NCBI GenBank assembly: GCA_037447605.1
Contig: CM074823.1
Span: forward strand, 1,054,001-1,118,000
Direction: 5' to 3'
Length of the DNA stretch: 64,000 bases
Source of the DNA: Zygnema circumcarinatum SAG 698-1b
Taxonomy: Eukaryota > Plantae > Zygnematophyceae
Shown: positions 11,133 to 30,400 of the stretch, one piece after another
Numbering within the stretch: position 1 is the stretch's first letter
How the letters are laid out: the number at the start of each line of letters is the position of its first letter
Notes under the pieces: model-generated
Seen by the model: the letters and a program-made list of their open reading frames with translations, nothing else
Databases searched by the model: none
What the model was told of the DNA's origin: nothing
Made by a program: the position numbers and the translations under genes

Positions 11133-13384
11133 CGCCTCAACTCTCTCTTTGTCCGCCCGACCAATCGCTTTTCAGAATACGATAGCGATAGATACCCATT
11201 TTACAGTGGAGGCTTTTCCTCTCGTCCTTATCTTGTGGACAATGCCACGTTATCCATGCAAATCAGGAGGTGAGTACAAAGTTTAATGCAGTGATAAGGA
11301 TTCGAATCAAAAGAAATAGATTGTCAATGGCTTTTTAAGAAATTGCGTGGGTTAAGTTTGAGCCGTACATATATTTGACAGGAAAGGGAGATTGTAGAAG
11401 CTTTGTTACAATTTTTTCAGGAAGTATGTACTTTCGAGCTCTTGATATCCGTCAAGCAAATGCACTATACAAGCACTTTCCTCGTTTGAATTCTTTGCTC
11501 GGTCATCACTCCTCAACACTCATTGCGAGGTTGTTCTGCTGCCGTTATTATGTTGCAGAGTGGGGCAAAGCAAGTCGGAGAAGCTCTCAGCTCCGTGGTA
11601 CACAACTATTCAGGACGGTCTAGACTTCGACACTCTCACGCATTACTACGACTTCTACTGCGTCAATTCTGAGTATTATGATGGACCTTACTCTTCTTCT
11701 AAAAGCTTATCGGAGCGAAAGAGTGTATTCGACAATTCCTCTCGAAAGCCAAAAGCGGACCCAATGGCAGGCTCCCAGCAGCCGGCTCAGATTGCAAAAA
11801 GCAAGAGCATCACTGGTGCTGAGCAACTCGTTGATGGACCTGTTAGTGTAAGTGACGCCACTTTATAGTTTCTATCCATGCATATCGATTGCTGTGGATC
11901 TTCCTTTCTCCCTCTCCGTTCGCCCTTCTCTTTTTCTCTTACCATTCTTTCGCTATTTCTCCTCGTACCGACTGAAAACGTTCTTTCGTTGGATTCCCCA
12001 CCTCCTTAATCTGAATCTTTCTGGCTGTTACCCAGTGCTTTCCCTCCCGTCCCTCATAGTCTCCACCCCGCCCCTTATCATATCTCACTCTCACACACCT
12101 ACAGTATTCGCCTGCCTTCTGATGCCCTACCCTCTCCCTCTATGTGTGTCCCTCTGATAGTCTCGTGTGCGCGCTGTGGCGTAGTCCAATGCAATCCTCC
12201 CAGAACGATACACGATTTTCTTACATGTACTCGTTTGAATGTGATGTCTGCGCATGCAGGCATGGCTTCTGCCGGACAACAAAACCGGAGTTCTTGTTAT
12301 ACCCGATTTCGGGCAGCGTATCTATTTGGAGGAGTGGTACCCGAGCCTTGTTCTCAGCTTGGTCACATTGAAGTAAGCGTTTCTATTCTCCCCTTGTCCA
12401 ATTGGCATTGTAAACAGGTTTTTTCAGCATGGCGCATTTGACGTGATTGCATTGTCTTGTCACACTATTACCCATCAATTCCAGAGAGCACAGAATTCTT
12501 ATATGCCTTAAGGCAATGAAACCCGAAAACTCCATCTATTTGACGTACGTGCAGACGAGCTGCGAATCAAATCATCATTGACGTGGCTGACGCTTCCGGC
12601 GGGTATTCGAGTCGAGTTGACGCTCTCATTCAGTTCTTGTTCCCCTCTCTCACTTTCACTGCGTATCCGAGCGAGTTCAGAGCGACACGTCTCGCCAAAT
12701 TAGTTGTGAAGGCCGCCCTGAACAGAAACGAAACGGAAACGGAAACATACCGCTTATACGACTACAGTTCATTTACCGACTTGAATGGCCTGCCACTCAC
12801 AAATGATACCTTCTTCTTTCCGGNNNNNNNNNNGTGTTTAGTTTCCGCTGTGCGCACCTGGCAAGAGGTGGACGAGAAGGCATATCGTGGCGGAAGCGGT
12901 ATGTGGCCCAAGGAGAAGAAAAAGGAAAGTTTTGAGCTCTGATACCCAGGGCATGTGTTGCCCTTTCCTTGTGTCTTTCCTTTCTTGCTGCCCCTTGTAC
13001 CAACAGTACTCTGGTTTCAACCTCGTGTCTCACTTTCTCAAGCTTTGTATGCAAGAATTTGCAGGAGTGAAAAGTGTCGCTGTGGGAGGTATTCCCCAAA
13101 AGCCGATGGCCGTCGGAGGAGGCGTCATCGGCCTCGGCTATAACGTCTACTGGCTTGGGTATGATTTGTATTATTACGGCTTATATAGTGACAAGGACGC
13201 GCCTTCGCTGCCTCCTGTCCGTATAAACTTGGAGTTCCCCATCCTCCAGTCGTACTGCAAGGCGAGCTCTGCGATTCCCGCGGACTTCGTCTTCAAGGCC
13301 GCGAATTACCGCTTTGACCACGCGGCCGAGACGGTCCTGGACAGGCCTGCCACGTGGGCGAAGGCGGCGCAGTACTTTGCTTAA
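11133..13384 (+). pseudogene. S41-like copy 2, 5'-truncated pseudogene
   Basis: Homology starts mid-exon 2 (RLNSLF at 11133), so exon 1 and the signal peptide are absent. Remaining exons: 11559-11847, 12260-12372, 12555-gap, 13055-13384. The exon 6 acceptor is mutated (tgcaa|gaattt versus tgcag|gaattt in all other copies). Foreign DNA lies at 12834-13005. Confidence 0.75.
12834..13005 (-). mobile_element. Possible LTR-retroelement end (short LTR-like unit plus tRNA-iMet PBS-like site) in intron 5 of copy 2
   Basis: This sequence is absent from paralogous introns. 12956-13005 is bounded by TGTTG...CAACA. The reverse complement of 12936-12948 is TGGGTATCAGAGC, close to the canonical PBS TGGTATCAGAGC. 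The other end is lost in the gap. Confidence 0.4.
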
Positions 13385-14549
13385 AGGAGGAGGACATCTT
13401 CTTCTTCGTCTTCTTCTTCTTCTTGTCCTCTTGTCCTTCTTGGACTCGTGGGTGCTTTCCATTCGCTGAGATTGATCCCGGCTGCAGATCGAACGGTGTT
13501 TTGCAGTTGTGCGATCTGCGAGGGAATCGACAGCTGCGATTGACACACACGTGTGAAGGACGGACACCCGCGAACGATCTCGTTGCGGACGGATCTTCCG
13601 CTCCGAGCGGATTCGGGCAGGCAGATATTTTTTTCTCTCAAAAAAAAAAATTCAGGGAGGCGGGATACAGTATTCAAAATGCGGTGACGGGGTATCATTT
13701 TCCTTGGTTAGCAAAAATAGAATCAGCCGACGGAACAAGGTGGGTATCGATTCCAAAAAGGTGTGAAAAAAGCATTTTCCGTTTTTGATCCCTTTTGAAA
13801 TCTGCCCGGCCGGGAAGGGGTGTTTGGATCCAAAAAAGGGGTGGAAATATCACTACCCTTTTATTTTTAGAAAATATTACAATCCGACGCAACCACGTCA
13901 CTTTCGAGACACGGCCGCCCAACGCGACGCGATATTCAGATGTCCATGTCAGCATCCCGGAAATATCGGCACCCAATCAGACGCGCGGATCGCTAACCGT
14001 TGCCGTAAAATCATTATGCTGTTCAAAATCAGTACATTGCGAAAGAAATATGTGATAGTAAAGTCAGCAAAACAAGTACGTGTTTCGGAAAATAAAAACT
14101 TCAAAAGCGCCAATGCCCAAAAATGAACCCCATATGCGGATAAGCCCACGAGGCAATCATAAACGTCATTGGTCCACGCCAACGCAATTGCAAATTGTCG
14201 GTAGTCAATCAACGCCCATCCTCAAACGTGCCAGTAGCTTCCACGTAACTTCCGAGTCAATGTCTTTCCCGTCGACACGCAAAGAAACCGGACAGTCAAG
14301 TCCGTGCCGTACATTGGCGCCATTGAGCTGTCCTATACAAAGTCCCCGCAGCCAATCAGAGCGTCGACTGCAGCTGAAAGTATCGCCGCCGACACGCGTC
14401 TGCTTCACCTCCGCGGCTCGAACACAACCAAAGACAATACGGAAATGTCGGTGCCGTACATAATCGCGCAAAGGAAATCCCTCGCTGGATGCTCTGCGCT
14501 CCCTTCCTTTCCTATTAAGTATTGACCCCTCGCCCTCTCTTCCCCACAT

Positions 14550-15700
14550 TGCTCTCTCCCTCTCCCTCTCTCCCTCTCCTCTCCCTCTCCCTCTCCCTCT
14601 CCCTCTCCCTCTCCCTCTCCCTCTCCCTCTCCCTCTCCCTCTCCTCTCCCTCTTCCTCTCCCTCTCCTCTCCCTCTCCCTCTCCCTCCCTCTCCTCTCCC
14701 TCTCCTCTCCCTCTCCCTCTCCCTCTCCCTCTCCCTCTCCCTCTCCCTCTCCCTCTCCCTCTCCCTCTCCCTCTCCCTCCCTCTCCCTCTCCTCTCCCTC
14801 TCCTTTCCCTTTCCTTTCCTTTCCCTCTCCCTCTCCTTTCCCTTTTCCTTTCCTTTCCCTCTCCCTCCTCCTCTCCCTCTCCCTCTCCCTCTCCCTCTCC
14901 CTCTCCCTCTCCCTCTCCCTCTCTCTCCTCTCCCTCTCCCTCTCCCTCTCCCTCTCCCTCTCCCTCTCCCTCTCCCTCTCCCTCTCCCTCTCCCTTTCCC
15001 TTTCCTTTTCCTTTCCCTTTCCCTCCTCTCCCTTTCCTTTTCCTTTCCTTTCCCTCTCCCTCTCCTCTCCCTCTCCCTCTCCCTCTCCCTCCCTCTCCCT
15101 CTCCCTCTCCCTCTCCCTCTCCCTCTCCCTCTCCCTCTCCCTCTCCCTCTCCCTCTCCCTCTCCCTCCTCTCCCTCTCCCTCTCCCTCTCCTCTCCCTCT
15201 CCCTCTCCCTCTCCCTCTCCCTCTCCCTCTCCCTCTCCCTCTCCCTCTCCCTCTCCCTCTCCCTCTCCCTCTCCCTCTCCCTCTCCCTCTCCTCTCCCTC
15301 TCCTCTCCCTCTCCTCTCCCTCTCCCTCCCTCTCCCTCTCCCTCTCCCTCTCCCTCTCCCTCTCCCTCTCCCTCTCCCTCTCCTCTCCCTCTCCCTCTCC
15401 CTCTCCCTCTCCCTCTCCCTCTCCCTCTCCTCTCCTCTCCCTCCCTCTCCCTCTCCCTCTCCTCTCCTCTCCTCTCCTCTCCCTCTCCTCTCCCTCTCCC
15501 TCTCCCTCTCCCTCTCCCTCTCCCTCTCCCTCTCCCTCTTCCTCTCCCTCTCCCTCTCCTCTCCCTCTCCCTCTCCCTCTCCCTCTCCCTCCTCCTCTCC
15601 CTCTCTCCCTCTCCTCTCTCTCCCTCTCCCTCTCCTCTCCCTCTCCCTCTCCCTCTCCCCTCTCCCTCCTCTCTCTTTCCCTCCTCTCCCTCCTCCCTCT
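14550..15700. repeat. ~1.15 kb (CTCTCC)n polypyrimidine tract upstream of copy 3
   Basis: Hexamer repeat read directly from the sequence. Confidence 0.95.
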
Positions 15701-15713
15701 GCTCTCCCGCACC

Positions 15714-18700
15714 ATGGCGCGAGGAGGCACTTTCACCTTAAGCCTTTTCTTCGCCCTCTGTTCAGTGGTGCTTTCGGCGGCGGCCAAAAAGGACCTCTGC
15801 GCTCCGTTCGTGAACACGAACGAGAAAACGTTCTCTCCTGACGTCGTGCGGAGTTGCTTCGGTCAGATTCCGTACAATGCTGACGTGGCGGCGAGCACGG
15901 TGGACTCCCTGAAGAAGGCGCTCGCCTTCATGCCGAGCGTCGACGTGGCGCTGAACTCCCCCACGAAGGAGCTCCCCCTCAAGGTCGACATTCGGAAGAC
16001 CCTCACCGACATCGGCAAGAAGCAGTACAAGAGCGACCTGGAATTCAACAACGCGCTGCGTACTGCTTTCGATTCCCTGCGCGACCAGAACGTGGGGTAC
16101 ACGTCCTACTGTTACCCGTTCACTTCTGAGATCGCGTTTCCGCTCGTTCTCTTCTGGAAGGACGGGCAGCCCGTCGTGCAGATCCGCACGTCGTACAGTG
16201 AGCGCCTCCCCATCTCCTTCTTGCTCGCAGATATTTTGGCAATCTTGCCTTCTCAGGGTTTGGACAAGTCGAAAGAAAATTGACATTCTAGGGTCTCGGT
16301 TTGGGTTGGACGTATCCTGCTTTCCTTTTCATGAATTGGAAGGTAGTCGTCGTGTACAAATGCAATTTCTATCTCTTTTGGCTTGCGGAAGCTAGTGTCT
16401 CTCTCCCATTCCCTCTCTCTCCCTCTCCCTCTCTCCTATAACCTCACATACACATGTCGACAGTTGTTATGATCTTTTTTCGTGCATCACGGTTCTCAAC
16501 ATGCATGCATTCATGCTCATGTTGTTGTTGTCGTTGTTATTCATGCTCATGTTGTTGTTGTCGCCTTGCAGGCTCCCCGTCCGTGTACAACAAGACCTCG
16601 CTGAAGCTGAAGAAGGATCTGAGCCTCTTCGAATCCGCCGCGGTGGAGACCATCGAAGGCGTGCCCGCGTACGACTACCTTTTGTCCTTTGCGAACACGA
16701 CGCAGGGCGGCTTCAAGGACGTCAACGCGCGCCTCAACTCCCTCTTTGCCCGTCCGACCAATCTGTTCTTAGAATACTACACCGATGAATATCCGTTTTA
16801 CAGTGGAGGCTTTTCCTCCCGTCCTTATCTCGTGGACAATGCCACGATATCCATGCAAATCAGGAGGTGAGTACAAATTTTAATACAGTGCTTAGCAGTG
16901 GAGCTAATACAAACAAATTGTCAGTGGCTTTTTAAGAAATTGCGTGGGTTAAGTTTGAGCCGTACATATATTTGACAGGAAAGGGAGTTGGTAGAAGCTC
17001 TGTTACAATTTTTTCATGAAGTATGTACTTTCGAGCCCTTGACTTCCGTCAAGCAAATGCACGATACAAGCACTTTCCTCTTTTCGGTTCTTTGTTCGGT
17101 CATTTCTCCTCAACTCCATACTGAAACGCTCATTGCGAGGTTGTTCTGCTGCCGTTATTATGCTGCAGAGTGGGGCAAAGCAAGTCGGAGAAGCTCTCAG
17201 CTCCGTGGTACACAACTTTTCTATCCGGTGGATTCTTCGACGATATCACGAGTTACTACGAAAACTACTGCAACACTTCCCAGCCTGATTATGGAGACTA
17301 CGGTTCTCCTAAAAGTTTATCGGAGCGAAAGAGTGTATTCGACGATTCCTCTCGAAAGCGAGAAGCGGACCCAATGGCAGGCTCTCAGCAGCCGGCTCTG
17401 ACTACAAAAAGCAAGAGCATGACTGGTGCTGAGCAACTCGTTGATGGAGTTGTTAGTGTGAGTGACCCCATTATATTGTTTCTATCCATGCATATCTATT
17501 GCTATGGATCTCCCTCTCTCCCACTCCATTCACCCTTCTCTTTTTCTCTTGCCATTCTTTCGCTATTTCTTCTTGTACCGACTGAAAACGTTCTTTCGTT
17601 GGATTCCCCACCTCCTTAATCTGAATCTTTCTGGCTGTTACCCAGTGCTTCCCCTCCCGCCCCTCACCGTCTCCACCCCGCCCCTTATCATATCTCACTC
17701 TCACACACCTACAGTATTCGCCTGCCTCCTGATGCCCTACCCTCTCCCTCTATCTGTGTCCCTCTGACAGTCTCGTGTGCGCGCTGTGGCGTAGTCCAAT
17801 GCAATCCTCTCAGAACGATACACGATTTTCTTACATGTACTCAATTGAATGTGATGTCTGTGGATGTAGGCATGGCTTCTGCCGGACAACGAAACCGGAG
17901 TTCTTGTTATACCCGATTTTGGGCGGCGTACCTATTTCGATGAGTGGTACCCGAGCCTTGTTCTGAGCTTGGTCACATTGAAGTAAGCGTTTCGATTCGC
18001 CCCTTGTCCAATTGGCACTGTACACAGGTTTTTCAGCATGGCGCATTTGACGTGATTGCATTGTCTAGTCAGACTATTACCCACCAATTCCAGAGAGCAC
18101 AGAATTCTTAGATACTGCAAGCCCAGGAAACCTTAAAATCCAATGAAACCCTAACTCCATCTATTTGACGGACGTGCAGACGAGCTGCGACACGAATCAT
18201 TATCGATATGGCTGACGCTTCCGGCGGGTATTCGAGTCGAGTTGACGCTCTCATTCAGTTCTTGTTCCCCTCTCTCACTTTCACTGCGTATCCGAGCGAG
18301 TTCAGAGCGACACGTCTCGCCAAACTAGCTGCGAAGGCCGCCGTGAACGCAAACGAAACAAACACCATATACGACTACAGTTCATATACCGACTTGAATG
18401 GCCTGCCACTCACAACTGATACCTTCTTCTTTCCGGTCGTATCTAAGACCTTCAACGGGAAGAAGGCGGATTATTCGAAGCAGTTGACTGCGTTCTATAA
18501 GTCCTATATATTTCAGCCATCTTACCTGCAACCGCTTTTCAAGGCTGAAGATATTCTCATCCTCACCAATGGCTTGTGCTACGAGAGGTGCGCGGAATTC
18601 ATCTTCAAGGCGCAGGTACGTTGATCCCTTATGTAGATCTTTGCCATCTCTCTTTGGCTCCGTTCGTCTTTCCTTCTCTCCCTCTCTCTCTTTCCACTCA

Positions 18701-19084
18701 CCCTTGTACTCTGGTTTCAACCTCGTGTCTCACTTTCTCAAGCTTTGTATGCAGGAATTTGCGGGAGTGAAAAGTGTCGCTGTGGGAGGTATTCCCCAAA
18801 AGCCGATGGCCGTCGGAGGAGGCGTCATCGGCCTCGGCTATAACGTCTACTGGCTTGGGTATGATTTGTATTATTACGGCTTATATAGTGACAAGGACGC
18901 GCCTTCGCTGCCTCCTGTCCGTATAAACTTGGAGTTCCCCGTCCTCCAGTCGTACTGCAAGGCGAGCTCTGCGATTCCCGCGGACTTCGTCTTCAAGGCC
19001 GCGAATTACCGCTTTGACCACGCAGCCGAGACGGTCCTGGACAGGCCTGCCACGTGGGCGAAGGCGGCGCAGTACTTTGCTTAA
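15714..19084 (+). CDS. Secreted S41 peptidase-like protein, copy 3
   Basis: Exons 15714-16197, 16572-16866, 17169-17457, 17870-17982, 18180-18615, 18755-19084, with the same phases and motifs as copy 1 (LRDQN; TNGLCYERC). Confidence 0.85.
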
Positions 19085-20970
19085 AGGAGGAGGACATCTT
19101 CTTCTTCGTCTTCTTCTTCTTCTTGTCCAAGGAGGGGGTCGGTTTGCGGTTTGTGAGATGGGGCAACAGTGGGTTGAAAACTGGCCGGTGGGTTAAGGGT
19201 TGGGGCTTTTAGGAGACGTGGGTAAGACTTCAAGAAAATTCTACTTGCTCGAAGCTATTGTACGTGGGGGTGTTCGATCCAAAACCATTGAAAGAGCTTC
19301 ATTTTGAAATTGTCGTCTCTTCAATGCGCACAATGGTGTCAAATGATTTCAGTTTTTTGAGGATGAGATGAGAAGAGAGACTCTCATGTACATGTTAGCA
19401 TGGCGTCAAAATCCCAAGCCCCTACAATCCCTACCAGCCCTTAAACTCTAAGTAACTATCACACCAGCAGCGCCCCACAAGGCACTCGCTCTCTTTGCAA
19501 ATCGCGGCCCTCCCAATCCTCCCTCGTTCCTTCGTACCGGTTACCGCACGGTTCGGAGGGTGCCACATCATCCTGCCCGCTTGCTGCCTCCCCCGTTTCC
19601 ATGGCGCCTAGAGAGCTCCAATCCATATAAAACCCTAAACCCTGAAACTTTTCTCCCTCTCTCTCTCTCTCTGGGCTTGTAGGGCTAAAAGTGGAGGCCG
19701 TACAACTCTCATGAACAAAGCCTAAAAACCCAAAAACTGCAAACCACAAACTGCTAACCGGGAACAGTGCAATCGTTTAAAAAAAGATTTTAATTTCAAA
19801 GGAGGGCGCCCGTTACATGCAGGCAGTCCCGTTCAGCGTGTGGCCCAATTCTCAGTGGTCGTGATCTTCTCCACGAATCGAGGATTGACCGAATCGGCAC
19901 TTACGACAAACCATCGAAACTGATACGACAAAATCTGGTCCCGCCAATCCTGCCAAGGCAAGTCAGTTCAAGTCAAGTCCTGTCACTTCACGTCGTCATT
20001 GTTGGGTCCAAAGGTCCAAAAGTAGCATAGACAAGGTTCGGCCTTCCGGAAGGGCGAACTGAAAACGTCAAAACCAACAGAAACCGTCGAAGCGAGCCCC
20101 GGAAACAGTCGCGTTTTGTCGTCATCGTGCCTCAAGAAAAAAAAAAAAAACATTGTCCCCATCTCACGAATCAGCGACACTCTTCACACGTGCAATAACC
20201 TGGAAGTGGTTCCCAGGCCGCCACGTGGACTCAAAATCCGTCCCTCGCGCGGTCCTTCCAAGCAACCGCAATCTGCCGCCCCCTCAACCGCCAAACAAAA
20301 CGCCAGACCAGCGCCAAACCTCCCCCACAACCGACAAAGCATTTGTACTTCTAATCTTGAAAAGTTGCCTCCAAACCGTACCACGTGGCGTCGTCCTGTC
20401 GGTCGGAAAGCGGGCGAATCCGCGGCCGGTCCCGCGCCTCCACCGACACTCCGCCGAGGGAGGGAGGGAGGGCCCGTAGAGAGAGAGGCGGCCTGCGAGT
20501 TTCTCGTTCTCTCCCCCCTTCCCATCTCCCCTCTCTCTCTCTCTCTCCCACTCTCGCTCTCTCTCGCTCTCTGCCTCTCCCTGCCCGTCTCTCTCTCACT
20601 AGCTCTTTCGTCTCTCCGCATCTCTCTTTCTCCCCCCTCCCCATCTCCCCCTCTATCTCTCCCCCACTCTCGCCCTCTCTCGCTCTCTTCCTCTCTCTGC
20701 CCGTCTCTCTCTCTCACTAGTTCCCTCCTCTCTCCGCATCTCTCTCGCTACCCCTCTCTATCTCTCTTTCTCTCTCTCTCTCCCTCTCTTACTCTCGCCC
20801 CCTCACCTTCTCCCTCTCTGTCTCTCTCTCACCTCTTTCCTCTCCTTCCTTCTCCTCCATCTTCCTCGTACTCTCTCTCTCCCTCTCTTCCTTCTCCCTC
20901 TCTCTCTCATCCTTCTTTTTCTCTCCCTTCCTCTCCCAACCCCGCCTATCCCTCCCCACCTCTCACCGTC

Positions 20971-26258
<5,288 letters not shown>

Positions 26259-27495
26259 AAGAAAGAAGTCTCATAGTTTTAGGGCTATAAGGGTTTTTTG
26301 GGTTTTTAAGGGTTTTTTAATTTAGGGTTTGTAAGGTTTTCAGGGTTCTGGGTTTAAGAGTCGTTGAGTTTTGATGAACTTAAAGCCTTAAAAAGTTCAT
26401 CAAGGACTAACAATGTAATTCGAGGGAATAAAAAATAGAGTTTGAAAAGTTTTGGTTATCAGATCGGAGGTGACAAAGACCTGAAAGTTATCTCAATTTC
26501 AATATCCTGAATGGAATAATAAGTGGTTTCGAATGCAATATTTCACAGTTTAGGCTTCTTGATTCAATGACTTTACTGGAGATAAACTTCATGAAATCGC
26601 TTTGTCTGAGTTTACTTCTTCTCAATATTCCACGACGCGTTTGTTCCTCTCATTTCGACGAAGGAAAAAGCGACTCATAAAGTATTTTAGTATAATGATA
26701 TTCACATGCGCAAAAGTGCGTTGACCATGCGTTGACGAACTGGAAGTCAGAACGAGTCATTTACGGACAACAGATGCGCGTCGCACACGACGCTAAATCG
26801 CTTCATGGAACGCGTAAATCCTTACCGGTACGTCTGAACGCGAATTAGAAATGTCGTTCTTCGTACCACAACGGAACTACAGTAATGTACTGTAACGGCG
26901 AGCTTCCGTACCGACCTTGGGGAGGCAAGAAAGCATCCAACAGCGAAATGACGCGCGGCAAGCATGTACAGATAATGATACATAAGGACGGCCTTGTGAC
27001 TGCTTGACGTCACAGGTTCGTGTCACGAAAGCGAGTTTGGGTGAAGGGCTTGGAACGAGAGAGGGTTGGGAGGGCCAAAATCTGCAAACAGAGTTAGTGC
27101 CTTGTGGGGTGCTGTTGGTGGGATCGCTCTTAAGACGTTAACTGATTGTAGGGATTTTTGGGGTTTAGGGTTAACGTGATGTTAACATGTACAAGAGAGT
27201 CTTTGTTCCAATCTCATCCCCAAAAAACAGAAATCATTTGACACCATTGTGGGCATCGACGAGACGACAATCACAAAATTAAGCTCTTTCAAGGGTTTTC
27301 TATGGAACACCCACGTGCAATTACTTCGAGCAAGTAGAACTTTCTTGAAGTCATTACCAAAAAAAACTACCTAAGCCTCCAAAAAGCCCCAACCCTCAAC
27401 ACACCCGCCAGTTTGCAGCCCCGCCATCCGCCATTTCCCAAACCGCAAACCAACCCCCTCCTTCAGCAACAACAAGAAGATGATGCGCTCCTCCT

Positions 27496-30400
27496 TCAAG
27501 CGAAAAACTGCGCCGCCTTCGCCCACGTGGCAGGCCTGTCCAGGACCGTCTCGGCCGCGTGGTCAAAGCGGTAATTCGCGGCCTTGAAGACGAAGTCCGC
27601 GGGAATCGCAGAGCTCGCCTTGCAGTACGACTGGAGGATGGGGAAGGTAAAGCTTGCGAACACAGGAAGAGGCGGAGGGGCGTCCTTGTCAGTGAGTAAG
27701 TCGTAAGAAGACAAATCAGATAAAAGCGAGTAGAGGTAATAGCTGCTGCTGATGACGCCTCCTCCGACGGCCATTGGCTTTTGGGGAATACCTCCCACAG
27801 CGACACTTTTAACACTCGCAAATTCCTGCATACAAAGCTTGAGAAAGTCAGACATGGAGTTGAAACCAGAGTCAACGAACGCTGGAGAAGAGAGAGAGGG
27901 AGAGAAAGAGAGACGAAAGGAGCGAAAGAGCGATGGCAAAGATCTACATAAAAGGGATCAACGTACCTGTGCCTTGAAGATGAATTCCGCGCACTTCTCG
28001 TAGCACAAGCCATTCGTGAGGATGAGAATATCTTCAGCCTTGAAAAGCGGGTTTAGGTAGGATGGCTGAAAAATATAGGACTTATCGAACACTGTCAACT
28101 GCTTCGAATAATCCGCCTTCTTCCCGTTGAAGGTCTTAGATACGACCGGAAAGAAGAAGGTATCATTTGTGAGTGGCAGGCCATTCAAGTCGGTAAATGA
28201 CCTGTAGTCGTATATGGTGTATGTTTCGTTTCCGTTCAGGGCGGCCTCAACCAATAGTTTGGCGAGACGTGTCGCTCTGAACTCGCTCGGATACGCAGTG
28301 AAAGTGAGAGAGGGGAACAAGAACTGAATGAGAGCGTCAACTCGACTCGAATACCCGCCGGAAGCGTCAGCCACGTCGATGATGATTTGATTCGCAGCTC
28401 GTCTGGACGTCCGTCAAATAGATGGAGTTAGGGTTTCATTGGATTTTCGGGTTCCTTGGCTTGAGGCATATAAGAACTCTGTACTCTCTGGAATTGCAGG
28501 GCAATAATGTGACTAGACAATGCAATCACGTCAAATGCGCCATGCTGGAAAAACCTCTTTACAGTGCCAATTGGAAAAGGGGAGAATAGAAACGCTTACT
28601 TCAATGTGACCAAGCTCAGAACAAGGCTCGGGTACCACTCATCGAAAAAGGTTCGCTGCCCGAAATCGGGTATAGCAAGGACTCCTGTTTTGTTGTCCGG
28701 CAGAAGCCATGCCTGCATGCACAGACATCACATTCAAACGAGTACATGTAAGAAAATCGTCTATTGTTTGGCGAGGATTGCATTGGACAACGGAAGGAAG
28801 TGCCCGACGCCACAGCGCGCACACGAGATTGTCAGAGGGACACCGAAAGAGAGAGAAGATAGGGCATCAGAAGGCAGGCGAATAGTGCAGGTGTGTGAGA
28901 GAGAGGGAGATGTTAAGGGCGGGGAGATGGAGGCGGAGTGGGATGGGAGGGCAAACACTGGGTAAGAGCCAGAAAGGTTCAGATTAAGCAGGAGGGGATC
29001 CCAACGAAAGTACGTTTTCAGTCGGTACGAGGAGAAATAGTGAAAGAATGGTAAGAGAAAAAGAGAAGGGCGAACGGAGCGGGAAAAAGGGAGATACACA
29101 TCAATCGATATGCGTGGATAGAAACAAGAAAGTGGCGTCGCTTACGCTAACAACTCCATCAACAAGTTGCTCAGCACCTGTCATGCTCTTGCTTTTTGCG
29201 GTCACGGGCAGCTTCTGCGTAGCTGCCATTGGGTCCGCTCTTGGCTGTCGAGGGGAATCGTGGAATACACTCTTTCGCTCCGATAAGCTTTTAGGAGAAT
29301 CGTAATCTCCACCATAAGGCTGAGAATTCATGCAGTTATATTTGTAGTAACTCGTGATATCGTCGAAGAATCGACCGGATAGAAAAGTTGTGTACCACGG
29401 AGCTGTGAGCTTCTCCGACTTGCTTTGCCCCACTCTGCAGCATAATAACGGCAGCAGAACAACCTCGCAATGAGCGGTCAGTATGGAATTGAGAAGTGAT
29501 GACCGAGCAAAGAACCCAAAAGAGGAAAGTGCTTGTATCGTGCATTTGCTTGACGGATGTCGAGGGCTCGAAAGTGGACACTTATGGAAAAACTGTAACA
29601 GACAGCTTCTACCATCGTCCTTTCCTGTCGAATATATGTACGGCTCAAACTTGAAACACGATTGAAAACTCACGCAATTTCTCAAAAAGCCTCTGACAAT
29701 CTATTTCTTTTAATTCCACTCCTTATCACTGCATTAAACTTCGTACTCACCTCCTGATTTGCATGGATATCGTGGCATTGTCCACAAGATAAGGACGCGA
29801 GGAAAAGCCTCCACTGTAAAATGGGTATTCATCGGTGTAGTATTCTAAGAACAGATTGGTCGGGCGAACAAAGAGAGAGTTGAGGCGCGCGTTGACGTCC
29901 TTGAAGCCGCCCTGCGTCGTGTTTGCAAAGGACAAAAGGTAGTCGTACGCGGGCACGCCTTCGATGGTCTCCACCGCGGCGGATTCGAAGAGGCTCAGAT
30001 CCTTCTTCAGCTTCAGCGAGGTCTTGTTGTACACGGACGGGGAGCCTGCAAGGCGACAACAAGAACAACATCAACAACAACATGAGCATGAATGCATGCA
30101 TGTTTAGGACCGTGATGCACCAACAACATCAACACAACGTAGTCTCAAGCAAGTCTAGTGGACGTGTGTGTGTGTGAGGGACGAGGAGCGAGATGGAGAG
30201 AGAATGGGAGAGAGAGACTAGGTTCAGAAAGCCAAACGAGATGCGAATGACATTTTTACCTGAGGACTCCCTTCAAATTCATGAAAAGTAAAGCCGGCTA
30301 CATCCAACCCAAACCGAGACCCTAGAATCTCGATATTTTTCGACTTGTTCCAACCAAGAGACGGCAAGATTGCCAAAACATCTGCGAGCAAGAAGGAGAT

